From positions 1 through 64,000 of the IMG/VR virus record IMGVR_UViG_3300030061_003724: 64,000 nucleotides of DNA, one strand, 5' to 3'. The translations under genes and the position numbers were made by a program. The DNA is from a virus. The notes under the pieces were generated by a model. The model had not been told where the DNA came from. It was given only the letters and a program-made list of their open reading frames with translations, and searched no databases. Below, piece by piece: positions 21,094-30,170 of this stretch (positions are counted from its first letter, which is position 1; every line of letters begins with the position of its first letter).

Positions 21094-21516
21094 TTATTTA
21101 ATTTTAATTGATTTTGGTTTAGCTTCTTCAGCTAACGGTATAAAAATTTCTAATAGACCATTTGTTAAAGATGCATCAATTAAACCTAAATCAAATTTAG
21201 GAGCAATTTTATATCTTAAATCAAATGATTTTTTAGATAAACCATTATGAATCATTCCTTTATGAAATTCTTCTTTTTCTGGTTTGGTATAACTGATTTT
21301 TAAAATATCCCCTTCAATATCTAAGACTACGTCTTTTTTAGTAAGACCAGTACAAGCTACTTCAAAATGAAGTCCTGCATCGTCAAAGAAAATATTAAGT
21401 GGGTGTGGTTGTTTTGTATCTGAAGCTGGTTGAAATGTGCTGTCAGATTTAAAGTGATTCCTAAAAAGGATGTCGAAAGGACTTATATGCCTTTCAAAGA
21501 TTTCTAATGTACTCAT
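21094..21516 (-). CDS. small heat-shock protein (Hsp20)
   Basis: Alpha-crystallin pattern, ASLTNGLLEI, C-terminal IKI. Confidence 0.9.
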   Translation of the reverse strand: MSTLEIFERHISPFDILFRNHFKSDSTFQPASDTKQPHPLNIFFDDAGLHFEVACTGLTKKDVVLDIEGDILKISYTKPEKEEFHKGMIHNGLSKKSFDLRYKIAPKFDLGLIDASLTNGLLEIFIPLAEEAKPKSIKIK

Positions 21517-21621
21517 ATCATTTTTATTTTGTGAGGCCGAAGCTCTCGGTTAATTTAAAAACACAACTTGTGCCCTAGCTACATGTTTTGTTTATTATAC
21601 ATATATGATAATAAGGAAAAG

Positions 21622-21939
21622 TTACTTCTCCAAACTATCTTGAAATTTTTCTTCATCTTCTTTACTCATAAAAGCTGCCCATTTTCCTTTAGGGCATGAA
21701 GCTGATAATGATCTTATTTTTAATGATAAAATACAACCACAATCAGAACAACAAGGTTGAGAACCTGGTACTGCGCAATAATGACCTACATGATCAATAT
21801 ATTGACAACTATCACATATTCTCCATCTTTGAGCAGCTACTTCTTCAACATCTTGCTTAGTGAATACTTTATTTTTTATACCCTCTAAAATTTGAGGCAT
21901 ATTACCAAAAGCACCAATAAGTTTGTTAAATCGGCTCAT
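21622..21939 (-). CDS. Cys-rich hypothetical protein
   Basis: RWRICDSC...CSDCGC...CPKGKW. Confidence 0.7.
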   Translation of the reverse strand: MSRFNKLIGAFGNMPQILEGIKNKVFTKQDVEEVAAQRWRICDSCQYIDHVGHYCAVPGSQPCCSDCGCILSLKIRSLSASCPKGKWAAFMSKEDEEKFQDSLEK

Positions 21940-22562
21940 TACTCTGCGTCAAAAAAGAATATATGAAATAATCTCGATGAATTAATATCCCATCCAAAGT
22001 AATCAGTTGCTGAATGGATTAATTTAGCATCCCATATTACTAATCTGTTAAATACATTTCCTACAGTATCAACTAATTCATATGGTGTTCTATCTACAAA
22101 TGTTTTACCATTAAATGCTTCATGAATATTTTCTTCACCACCTCTTAATCCTGTTTCTTTATGTTTAAAGAAAGAAGTACCTGTTGCTACAGGAGCATCT
22201 GGAGTCATGTAAATACAAGCAGCCCAAGTTTGTTCATCACAATGATAAACTAAAGGTGTACCTGCTTTGTTTGATTGGAACCTACCATTCATTGTATGTC
22301 CTTCCCATTCAGTAATTTTCATACCTAAAATGGATTCAAATTTTTCTTTAGTACCATCAAAGAAGTATTGCTTTCTAGTTCTATAACCTAAATAACCTTC
22401 ATCATCATGATACCATTGATCTAATGCAAAATCTCTTACTGCATAGGGATCATCATAAAAATTTTCACACACAAATATTTTTTTATCTGGTGATGAAACT
22501 TTAAATTGATCTGAATTAATGTGTCCGTATTCTGAATTTGGATCTGAGTCGTATATGTTCAT
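21939..22562 (-). CDS. 2OG-Fe(II) oxygenase (DUF6445-like)
   Basis: NFYDDP, YHCD, GTSF, NRLV...HS...RL. Confidence 0.75.
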   Translation of the reverse strand: MNIYDSDPNSEYGHINSDQFKVSSPDKKIFVCENFYDDPYAVRDFALDQWYHDDEGYLGYRTRKQYFFDGTKEKFESILGMKITEWEGHTMNGRFQSNKAGTPLVYHCDEQTWAACIYMTPDAPVATGTSFFKHKETGLRGGEENIHEAFNGKTFVDRTPYELVDTVGNVFNRLVIWDAKLIHSATDYFGWDINSSRLFHIFFFDAE

Positions 22563-22571
22563 AATTTTAAT

Positions 22572-23294
22572 TTATTCGTTTCTTGCTATATAATAATAAC
22601 TATTGATTTCTTCTGATTGAAACGTTAGTTTCATCATTCCTTTAACTGATACTTGTAATGTTGCTCCTTCCATATCTTTATTAGCACTTAATACGTCTTT
22701 AAAGATATTTGAATTAAACGGCAACTCAATATCATTTTTTAATATTGTACCTTGAGCTTGATAAGTAATTTTATTGGAAAATCCAGTGTTATCACCAAAT
22801 ATGAATTCACATATATTATTACCATCAAAATCAGATGTTGTTGTAATTAACATGTTATCTACATCAGCTAATGCACTTTTTGCTTTAATTAAATGATCTA
22901 CATCTTCAGCTGTTAATTCTAATTCTATTTCAAATTGTTCTGGATCTTCATACCATGTTGCTTTAGGTAAAATTAATGGATCAGCTAATGAATATGTTAA
23001 ATCAAAATTAGAATCAGCTATATGCATTTTAGTAAATATAGACTTCATTTTTTCTAATTTTAATAGTAAATCACCGTTCATGATATTAACTAATTTATTT
23101 AATTTATTAGTATCAAATACACCTAATTCACCATCTTCTAATTGGAAATTATTTAATTCAACTTTACATACTCTGCCTTTTTCACCAGCATAGATAGTAA
23201 GAGCATTATCTTTAATTCTCCATTTAACCTGATTATTTAATCCATTTAAATAATACTTTGATATAACACTTTGCAAAACATTTTTACTTATCAT
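22572..23294 (-). CDS. sliding clamp (gp45/PCNA-like)
   Basis: 240 aa two-domain beta-rich pattern, between the polymerase and clamp loader. Confidence 0.7.
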   Translation of the reverse strand: MISKNVLQSVISKYYLNGLNNQVKWRIKDNALTIYAGEKGRVCKVELNNFQLEDGELGVFDTNKLNKLVNIMNGDLLLKLEKMKSIFTKMHIADSNFDLTYSLADPLILPKATWYEDPEQFEIELELTAEDVDHLIKAKSALADVDNMLITTTSDFDGNNICEFIFGDNTGFSNKITYQAQGTILKNDIELPFNSNIFKDVLSANKDMEGATLQVSVKGMMKLTFQSEEINSYYYIARNE

Positions 23295-24181
23295 AACTCA
23301 ATATTTTTTTCTTTAATTAATTGACTTGGGCTAACACCATTTTCACATCTACTGCAAATATCATATGTAGTTAGAGGTGGTGGCATTAAATCATCATAAT
23401 CTTCTTCTAATATATTTCCCAATATTTTTTCTAAACTATAATCCTGACAACATACGGAAAGATCTCCGTTAGGCAAACAAACTTGATGATAAACGTGTTC
23501 TATACAACCACAAGTACTAGGTCCTTTTTGTGGTGCATGATGAACTCTATCCATTACTTTTTCTAATGCTGGTTTCATAGTTGCTTCACCTACTAAATTT
23601 CCTGCTCTATTCCAAAATGGAGGAACATGAACATCAGACCATAAATCACTACAAAATTCGTGAACTGGCCCCATAGACATAATATAAAAAGCTTGAATGT
23701 GTCCCTCAAGTTCTTTTAATCTTTCATATACTTTTCTTAATCTTGGAGTAAGTGGATGTTCTGCTATTCGTTCTGCATCTGGTAAATGTAAAGTAAAACC
23801 ACCATTAGGTCCTAAAGCCCAAGGCATATCTTTTAATCTTTCTACATCATCTAAAGTCATACCTACTCCAGTTGTAAATGCTGATAAAGGGTGCCCTTTA
23901 TAATGAGCATATTCTACCATTTTAGTACATTCTCTATTTAACCAAGGTTCAGTAAAACCAGACATTGTAATTCTTACTTCTTGAGGAATTTTATCACATA
24001 TAGTAACAAAATTTTCTAATGATAATGTTTTAGGTTTACCTTTATGGGCATGATATATTTTTTCTAATGTTCTTTGAGGACAATAAGCACAATTAATAAC
24101 ACACCCCTTAGGTGAAATAGAGGTAGTAAACTCCATTGTTGGCCATTTTGATGTTCTCCAATAATCTTTTTTCATGCTCAT
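23291..24181 (-). CDS. radical SAM protein with SPASM/twitch domain
   Basis: CVINCAYC, GFTEP, C...PNGDLSVCC...GN...CSRC. Confidence 0.85.
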   Translation of the reverse strand: MSMKKDYWRTSKWPTMEFTTSISPKGCVINCAYCPQRTLEKIYHAHKGKPKTLSLENFVTICDKIPQEVRITMSGFTEPWLNRECTKMVEYAHYKGHPLSAFTTGVGMTLDDVERLKDMPWALGPNGGFTLHLPDAERIAEHPLTPRLRKVYERLKELEGHIQAFYIMSMGPVHEFCSDLWSDVHVPPFWNRAGNLVGEATMKPALEKVMDRVHHAPQKGPSTCGCIEHVYHQVCLPNGDLSVCCQDYSLEKILGNILEEDYDDLMPPPLTTYDICSRCENGVSPSQLIKEKNIEL

Positions 24182-24182
24182 A

Positions 24183-25115
24183 TTATATCTCAAAAGATGC
24201 TAATGCATCAATATGTGGATTTAAATCTAAACTCCACTCTAAATCATTAAAAAATCCTTCTAATTTATTTAATAAAATTGAATCAAATACTTTTTGTCTA
24301 TCAGCATAAGTATTTAAAAATTCTAATATTTTATTAGGCATATCATAATCAAAAAATGCTAATGCTTCTATTTTATAAGGATTATCTTTTAAATAAATCC
24401 ATTTAACTTTGTCTGCCATTGTTATTTGATTATGTTTTTTATCTAATTGCCACAATTTTAATAAATCATTATAACGAATAGCTGCCCTAACAGGTGCAGG
24501 AGCACCTTTAAGTATTTCAGTAAACATTTCTCCAGCTCTAGATCTACCTTGATATTTATCTAATTTTTTAACTGATGTAGGATTACCTAACTTAGCTAAT
24601 GGTATAGAACCATCTAATATTTGTTTTTTAAACACTTTAATTTGTTTTAAAACATTAACTTTAGTTTCACCCTTTAATACTTGTTCTAAAATACTGTTAA
24701 AGAAATCCCCTAATATAGGTGGAAAATTAGCTTTCATGAACTCTAAACCTTTAATATCTAAAGATTCTTTTTCAATACCTTCCTGTTTAGTAATCCACTG
24801 TGCATATCTTCTAGTAGCCCTAAAATAAGCAGCTCTGATTACACATTCAGTCTTCATTTCTAATCTATGCTCATTAACATTAAAAGCTTCACGAGCTAAT
24901 CTATCATAATCTTCTGTTATAATATCTTGGTATGCTAGAGCAACTTGTTCTAATTTATCATCTTTTTCTTTATCAGGAAATTCTTCAAAATTAGGATATA
25001 AATGCTTTAATATAGGTTCTGCATTAAAATAATTAGAATCTGTGTCAACATAAGCACAGTAATTCTCATCATCTTTATCACATATCCACCAAGGAGTATC
25101 TTCTATATGTTTCAT
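24183..25115 (-). CDS. family B DNA polymerase, C-terminal part (motif C, thumb)
   Basis: YVDTDS, RRYA, IKGLE. Confidence 0.9.
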   Translation of the reverse strand: MKHIEDTPWWICDKDDENYCAYVDTDSNYFNAEPILKHLYPNFEEFPDKEKDDKLEQVALAYQDIITEDYDRLAREAFNVNEHRLEMKTECVIRAAYFRATRRYAQWITKQEGIEKESLDIKGLEFMKANFPPILGDFFNSILEQVLKGETKVNVLKQIKVFKKQILDGSIPLAKLGNPTSVKKLDKYQGRSRAGEMFTEILKGAPAPVRAAIRYNDLLKLWQLDKKHNQITMADKVKWIYLKDNPYKIEALAFFDYDMPNKILEFLNTYADRQKVFDSILLNKLEGFFNDLEWSLDLNPHIDALASFEI

Positions 25116-25480
25116 TTATACTCTTTTATATCTTTAAAATTAGATCCAGTAATAATATTAATATCATTTTTTAACTGGTTTCTAACTTCATTATACTCAA
25201 ATATTAATCTAGATGAAGTAATAAAATCTTTATCTTTAATTTTTTTATTCCTTACTCTATTTTCTAGATCCCACAATATACGATTTACTTTTGATAACTC
25301 CAAAAACAATACCTTAACTTCTTTACCATTTTTTGTAAATAAATCTACAACACCAGGATTTAAAGTTTGAAATTCTTTTTCAACATTAGCTAGATTTTCA
25401 GGATTTTCCATATTCAATTTTTTAATCTCTAAAATTGAAATTCTATCTAATAATTCGCCATTTGAAATCTCTATTTTCAT
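25112..25480 (-). CDS. DUF6165-like helical protein
   Basis: ISNGELLDRISILEIK, VNRILWDLE, N..R..LK..IN. Confidence 0.7.
   Translation of the reverse strand: MKIEISNGELLDRISILEIKKLNMENPENLANVEKEFQTLNPGVVDLFTKNGKEVKVLFLELSKVNRILWDLENRVRNKKIKDKDFITSSRLIFEYNEVRNQLKNDINIITGSNFKDIKEYK
25275..25304 (-). promoter_or_regulatory. internal promoter TTTG-N18-CGTATATT upstream of the polB C-terminal gene
   Basis: Perfect copy of the recurring motif inside the DUF6165-like gene. Confidence 0.55.
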
Positions 25481-25481
25481 T

Positions 25482-25754
25482 TTAAAATGTTTTATCTCCT
25501 CCTGGTAATTTAGGTACTGTTACTGGTCTATTTCCTGTTGAATCAATATCATTTTTTGGTTCAACGATTATTCTATAAGGGGTATTATTAATTTTAAAAC
25601 TTCCTCCTTGTTTAAGCATTTTTCTAAAAAATCTCTCTTGTGATTCTGTCCACCCTTCACTAATTACAATCAATTCTTCTTTTGATAATTTTTCATTTGT
25701 TTTACCTATATAAACTTCTACGTTACCTCTTATTGATTGTTTTTTTAGTGTCAT
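25482..25754 (-). CDS. hypothetical protein
   Basis: 90 aa ORF with ATGA overlap on the polB N-part stop. Confidence 0.7.
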   Translation of the reverse strand: MTLKKQSIRGNVEVYIGKTNEKLSKEELIVISEGWTESQERFFRKMLKQGGSFKINNTPYRIIVEPKNDIDSTGNRPVTVPKLPGGDKTF

Positions 25755-27448
25755 ATTTTTAATTTTAATTCGCCTCTAATTACTTTATTCATATGTCTAT
25801 TAGCACATAAAGCACTTTCTTGTATAATTCTTTGTCCTGATAGTGTAATAGCTTCTGATAAGATTACATTACCATATCTGAAACTACCTAATGCTGTTGC
25901 TCCATATAAACTATTAAGCAAAATTTTCATTGTATATTGCATTAAATAGTTATATTCACCTTTTTCTGTGTCTCCAGCTTTATAAGCTGATTTCATACGT
26001 CCCTTATAAATAACACGTTCTTCAAACCATTTTTTAAGAATTGTAGATAATACTGATTCTCTATCTGTCTCAAAAAATACCCCATTAGCTGATATTGCTA
26101 AGTTGTTTTCTTCAATCATTTGAATTAGTTTTTTTACAGGTACATATGCTTGTCTACGATGTTTATTTTCTACTAATAATTCTTCTTCAGGGTCACGTTC
26201 TTTTAAATCGTTAAGTGCCAATCTATTATTACGGTCATCTGCATCTATGATACGTCCCTTGAGTGTTTCTTTACCTATGTTTATACTCATTATAATTGAT
26301 GGATACAGCGATGTTAAATCTTCATCAAACATATACTTGTATAATCCTGCTTTAGGGCAAAATAAATAACCACCAGCATAATTCTTTTTATGAATTGGAT
26401 TTTCATCTCTTCTAGGTGGAATAATTCCTTGAGATAATAGATAAGCTGAAATGGCACCATCTTGTGATACCGTATTAGCATAAACTTCACTATAATTATG
26501 TTTTCCTTTATGAGATAAGTTTTTAGTTAAAGCAATATACTGTAACTTTTCATCTAATAATTTTAATATTTCAACATCACGGAAGTTATACTGAATAAAT
26601 TTCTGAATATCAGTTTCAAATAATTGATCTAGGTTTCCTTCATAATCAACTTTACCTACTTTAGCATATTTTTCTCCAATAGCATCTAATTTCCAGCTTG
26701 GTTCATCTTTCCAACTATACTTTTTATGTAAACGCATATAATCTAAAGATTCAACTCCAATAATTTCTACAAATTGATTACGCTTAAACCAATATTGATT
26801 ACCTTTTCTACAATTTACTTTACCAATTGGGGATAAATGTCTAGCAAAATCTTCACCTATTGTATTACACATTCTATAGTACAAATAAGGAATATCAAAG
26901 AAATCACTATTATAACCTATTAAAATATCTGGGTCTATGTCTCTAATAAACTCAATAAATTTACCTAGTAATTCATTTTCAGTTCTACAAGGTATAATTT
27001 CTTTATTTTTAGCTTTAGTATGTTTTAATTGATTCTTTTTATCAAGAATTAAAATATGCCAAGTATCAGGTGTTTTATCCCACCAAGCAATTGAAGTAAT
27101 AGGCATAGGAGCACTTTCAATATAATCTTCAGTTAATGCACCTCCTATTTCACACTCAATATCAAAAAATACTTCTCTATGACCAGTAGAAGGTGTATCA
27201 TCAGTACCATATCTTTCAATTAAATATTTTTGATATGGCTTCATATCATGGAAATGAATGTTTGAAGTATTTTTATCCCATTTATAAGTTTTAGTTAGTT
27301 TTTCACCATTAATGCCTTTAAGGTTACCATTTGAATCTTCAACATAAGCTGGGTTCCACCATTCTATTTCGTCATAGCCTGCTTCGTCCCAAAGATGTAT
27401 TTTGAATTTATTTTTACCTAAATTTGTTGCGTAGCATTTTTTATACAT
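25751..27448 (-). CDS. family B DNA polymerase, N-terminal part (3'-5' exonuclease, motifs A and B)
   Basis: FFDIE, GYNSDFFD, YNFRDV, DLTSLYPS, KILLNSLYG; ends before motif C. Confidence 0.92.
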   Translation of the reverse strand: MYKKCYATNLGKNKFKIHLWDEAGYDEIEWWNPAYVEDSNGNLKGINGEKLTKTYKWDKNTSNIHFHDMKPYQKYLIERYGTDDTPSTGHREVFFDIECEIGGALTEDYIESAPMPITSIAWWDKTPDTWHILILDKKNQLKHTKAKNKEIIPCRTENELLGKFIEFIRDIDPDILIGYNSDFFDIPYLYYRMCNTIGEDFARHLSPIGKVNCRKGNQYWFKRNQFVEIIGVESLDYMRLHKKYSWKDEPSWKLDAIGEKYAKVGKVDYEGNLDQLFETDIQKFIQYNFRDVEILKLLDEKLQYIALTKNLSHKGKHNYSEVYANTVSQDGAISAYLLSQGIIPPRRDENPIHKKNYAGGYLFCPKAGLYKYMFDEDLTSLYPSIIMSINIGKETLKGRIIDADDRNNRLALNDLKERDPEEELLVENKHRRQAYVPVKKLIQMIEENNLAISANGVFFETDRESVLSTILKKWFEERVIYKGRMKSAYKAGDTEKGEYNYLMQYTMKILLNSLYGATALGSFRYGNVILSEAITLSGQRIIQESALCANRHMNKVIRGELKLKI

Positions 27449-27593
27449 GCAATTTTGATAATATGGTTTTTATTTCTTCTACTTTATATTTACATTCTTG
27501 TCCCTCACACAAGTCTTGACAACATCTATCTGTATTCAGGTAAATGAAATCTAATAATTCTTCTACTTTATCTAAATCTCCTTCTTCTAACAT
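27441..27593 (-). CDS. small Cys-containing protein (50 aa, not in ORF track)
   Basis: MLEEGDLDKVEELLDFIYLNTDRCCQDLCEGQECKYKVEEIKTILSKLHV; overlaps both neighbours. Confidence 0.65.
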   Translation of the reverse strand: MLEEGDLDKVEELLDFIYLNTDRCCQDLCEGQECKYKVEEIKTILSKLHV

Positions 27594-28159
27594 TAAATCC
27601 CTAAATGTTGTTGTGGTCTAGTTTTTTGTATTTCATCTACTGTAAAGAATTGATGTAAATCAGGTCTAAAATAATTAATTGATTTCATTACTTTACGATC
27701 TCTGCTTCTATAGACAATCCATCTTCCTGGTGCAACTTCTTCATAATGGCAGGCCTCACCTTGTTCCTTACTTCTCTGGCTGACGGTCTGTATGGCTTCT
27801 TCTTCAGTTTTACAAGCTTTCGACATATTGCTTGCTTGTACCTCTTGATAAGCGGGCCATATCTTATCCTTAAGACCGTGTAACATAACACCGTTCCCAA
27901 GGGAAACATAAGTAATGTCGCACAAAGCGTCCAAAATTTCCACAATGTCGCCCCGTTCGCAAGCTTCTCTATACTCTTCAAGTTCTTCGAGGACAAAATC
28001 GTAGACGAATTGCCATTCCTTTTGATCTGGAATTGTAACTTCATAATTATTAGGTTTATTAAATGTTTCGTTAAATGTTTCCACTTCATTAACAAACGGA
28101 ACATTACCGTTTTCCTTCGAATTGTAGACGTCAAAGTCTAATTTTAGTTGTTTACTCAT
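27593..28159 (-). CDS. MazG-like all-alpha NTP pyrophosphohydrolase
   Basis: EELEE...EILDALCD, EVQASNMSK; likely start ATG 28159. Confidence 0.8.
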   Translation of the reverse strand: MSKQLKLDFDVYNSKENGNVPFVNEVETFNETFNKPNNYEVTIPDQKEWQFVYDFVLEELEEYREACERGDIVEILDALCDITYVSLGNGVMLHGLKDKIWPAYQEVQASNMSKACKTEEEAIQTVSQRSKEQGEACHYEEVAPGRWIVYRSRDRKVMKSINYFRPDLHQFFTVDEIQKTRPQQHLGI

Positions 28160-28545
28160 TTTAGATAATCTTGTATTGTTATTGAATCTTCTCTTTCCCA
28201 TGGATATACTATCCATTGATCACTTACTTCCTTAGCATAAAAATTATGTTGAAATTTAGAAGTAGGTTTATGATGTAAAGTAGCCCAGTATACACCTGGT
28301 GCTTTACTCAATGTCTCTCCTGTATCATTAATATCATCTACTACTAAAGTATTTTTACCTGGGTGTAATACAAAAGGTAAATCAATTTCATGTGAAATTA
28401 ATACTGCTGGGATTAAACCTCCTCTCGGTAATCCCATTACTGAATCTATATTTGGATAATCTGTTAGAATTTTTTTACATAATATGTTTACACATTCATG
28501 TATTTCAGACCATTCAAGGTATACTTTAGATATTGTGTCCGCCAT
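28156..28545 (-). CDS. purine phosphoribosyltransferase (Gpt-like)
   Basis: PRGG, VVDDINDTGETL PRPP-binding motif, WIVYPWE. Confidence 0.88.
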   Translation of the reverse strand: MADTISKVYLEWSEIHECVNILCKKILTDYPNIDSVMGLPRGGLIPAVLISHEIDLPFVLHPGKNTLVVDDINDTGETLSKAPGVYWATLHHKPTSKFQHNFYAKEVSDQWIVYPWEREDSITIQDYLK

Positions 28546-29218
28546 TATTTATTTTTAAACTATCAAAGAATTCTTTTCTAGCTAGGTTATCATTTTCTCT
28601 AAATACTCCTGTTGCTTTAGTTGTAACCATAGCAGCACCTTGATGTTTAACACCTCTACAACTTACACAATTATGTGTTCCTACTACTGTAACAATTACA
28701 CCTTTATTATTTTCACAAATTTTATTTACAGCATTATGGATTGCTGATGTTAGTTGTTCTTGAATTGCTCCTCTTCTTCCAAACAATTCTACTATTCTAT
28801 TTAACTTAGATAATCCAATTACTCTACCATTATCTCCAACAACATATCCAATATGAACTACACCTCCAATTGTTTGATGGTGATGTGAACACATTGAAGT
28901 TAACGGTATATTTCGTTCTATAACAATGCCATCATAACCATCTGATGGGAATGATGTGATTGGAGACATCTGTGTGTATCTACCAGCCCACAAATCATTT
29001 ACATATGCTTTAGCTACTCTCATAGGAGTATCAGCTGAGTTGGGATCATTCTGCCAATCACATTTTAATGCCTCTAAAAATCGGGCATATGCTTTAGCAG
29101 CTTTGTTTATCATTTTTTGTTTTTCTTTATCGTTTAGAGGAAATCCAGGTGCAACTCCATTTGCGAATCCTTCTTGTACTACCTCTAAGTCGTTGTGATT
29201 TTTTCTACGATTGCTCAT
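28526..29218 (-). CDS. folE: GTP cyclohydrolase I
   Basis: DTPMRVAK, MCSHH, IGLSKLNR, QE, HNCVSCRGV. Confidence 0.95.
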   Translation of the reverse strand: MSNRRKNHNDLEVVQEGFANGVAPGFPLNDKEKQKMINKAAKAYARFLEALKCDWQNDPNSADTPMRVAKAYVNDLWAGRYTQMSPITSFPSDGYDGIVIERNIPLTSMCSHHHQTIGGVVHIGYVVGDNGRVIGLSKLNRIVELFGRRGAIQEQLTSAIHNAVNKICENNKGVIVTVVGTHNCVSCRGVKHQGAAMVTTKATGVFRENDNLARKEFFDSLKINNGGHNI

Positions 29219-29342
29219 TTATATAACTTTCTAATTTATCTATTAATACTAGTACTTCATCTGGTTCCATTGTAATGGCACAACAAACGTGTACATTTTC
29301 CTTTATGTCTTCTAATATACGAAGGGCTTCTTGCTTATCCAC
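29205..29342 (-). CDS. small protein with CC motif (45 aa, not in ORF track)
   Basis: GTG start overlapping the queE stop; MDKQEALRILEDIKENVHVCCAITMEPDEVLVLIDKLESYINEQS. Confidence 0.55.
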   Translation of the reverse strand: MDKQEALRILEDIKENVHVCCAITMEPDEVLVLIDKLESYINEQS

Positions 29343-29343
29343 T
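29314..29343 (-). promoter_or_regulatory. early/middle promoter AGTG-N18-CGTATATT
   Basis: Recurring motif upstream of folE. Confidence 0.55.
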
Positions 29344-30127
29344 ATACTTCTCGTTTATCTTCAAAAGCAATAATATGTGGTCTCCAAGTCATTCTATAAC
29401 CATTATCTCTAACCCAATCAAATAATACTGGGTAGGACTTAAATAGTGCTTCTCTAGAATCACCTGCAGGCATAAACCATACTTTTTCAGGTTTAACTTC
29501 TAACTGAGCTATACAATCCATAATTTCAGCTAGTGCTCCTTTATCCTTACCATCCCAAACTGGTTTGATATGAAAATCCGAATGGTACGCTATTGATTGT
29601 TTTATAGCTGCATAATTAAGTCTTAATTTATTATGTTGTTTTACCATTTTTTCGTCTGTAACTTTTCCTTGAGGAGTAAGAGTACCAACAACGGGGACGC
29701 TATTACTAAACTTAGGAGAAATTGACAGAAGATTAATAGGATAATCAGTAGGAAGGAAATGTGATCCTTCAGTTTCCATAGTAATGAATATATTGTTTTC
29801 ATGTGCAAAGTGGGTTAACTCGTTAACCAAAGCAGCATGCATTGAAGGAGAACCTCCAGTCAACATCATTTCCTTTATATGAGGATTTTTCTCATACATG
29901 GCAATGATATCTTTAAAATTAAAGTGACCTTTTTCTGGATGGATACTAGTGTACCAAGAATCACACCATCCACCTTCACCGAAATAACATCTGTGGGTGC
30001 ATCCTGTTGTTCTAATTACTACTGTTGGGTATCCTGCTCTTGATCCTTCTGATTGTACTGCAGTGTAGATTTCTACAATTGGGAGGTTTTTATCGTAATC
30101 CTCAATACGTTTCAGTTGCTTGTGCAT
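29342..30127 (-). CDS. queE: 7-carboxy-7-deazaguanine synthase (radical SAM)
   Basis: EIY.AVQSEG..G.P...RT.GC, CDS.YT, TGG, ETEG, SISPK, R.H. Confidence 0.9.
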   Translation of the reverse strand: MHKQLKRIEDYDKNLPIVEIYTAVQSEGSRAGYPTVVIRTTGCTHRCYFGEGGWCDSWYTSIHPEKGHFNFKDIIAMYEKNPHIKEMMLTGGSPSMHAALVNELTHFAHENNIFITMETEGSHFLPTDYPINLLSISPKFSNSVPVVGTLTPQGKVTDEKMVKQHNKLRLNYAAIKQSIAYHSDFHIKPVWDGKDKGALAEIMDCIAQLEVKPEKVWFMPAGDSREALFKSYPVLFDWVRDNGYRMTWRPHIIAFEDKREV

Positions 30128-30170
30128 ATTGTTAATTTTTTATAGTGGTTTTTCATTCACTGTTGTAACT

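Noticed and set aside
25116-25750. Intron or split intein joining the polB halves
   Set aside because: The gap is filled by two coupled ORFs; there are no Cys/Ser...His-Asn intein ends and no non-coding intron core.
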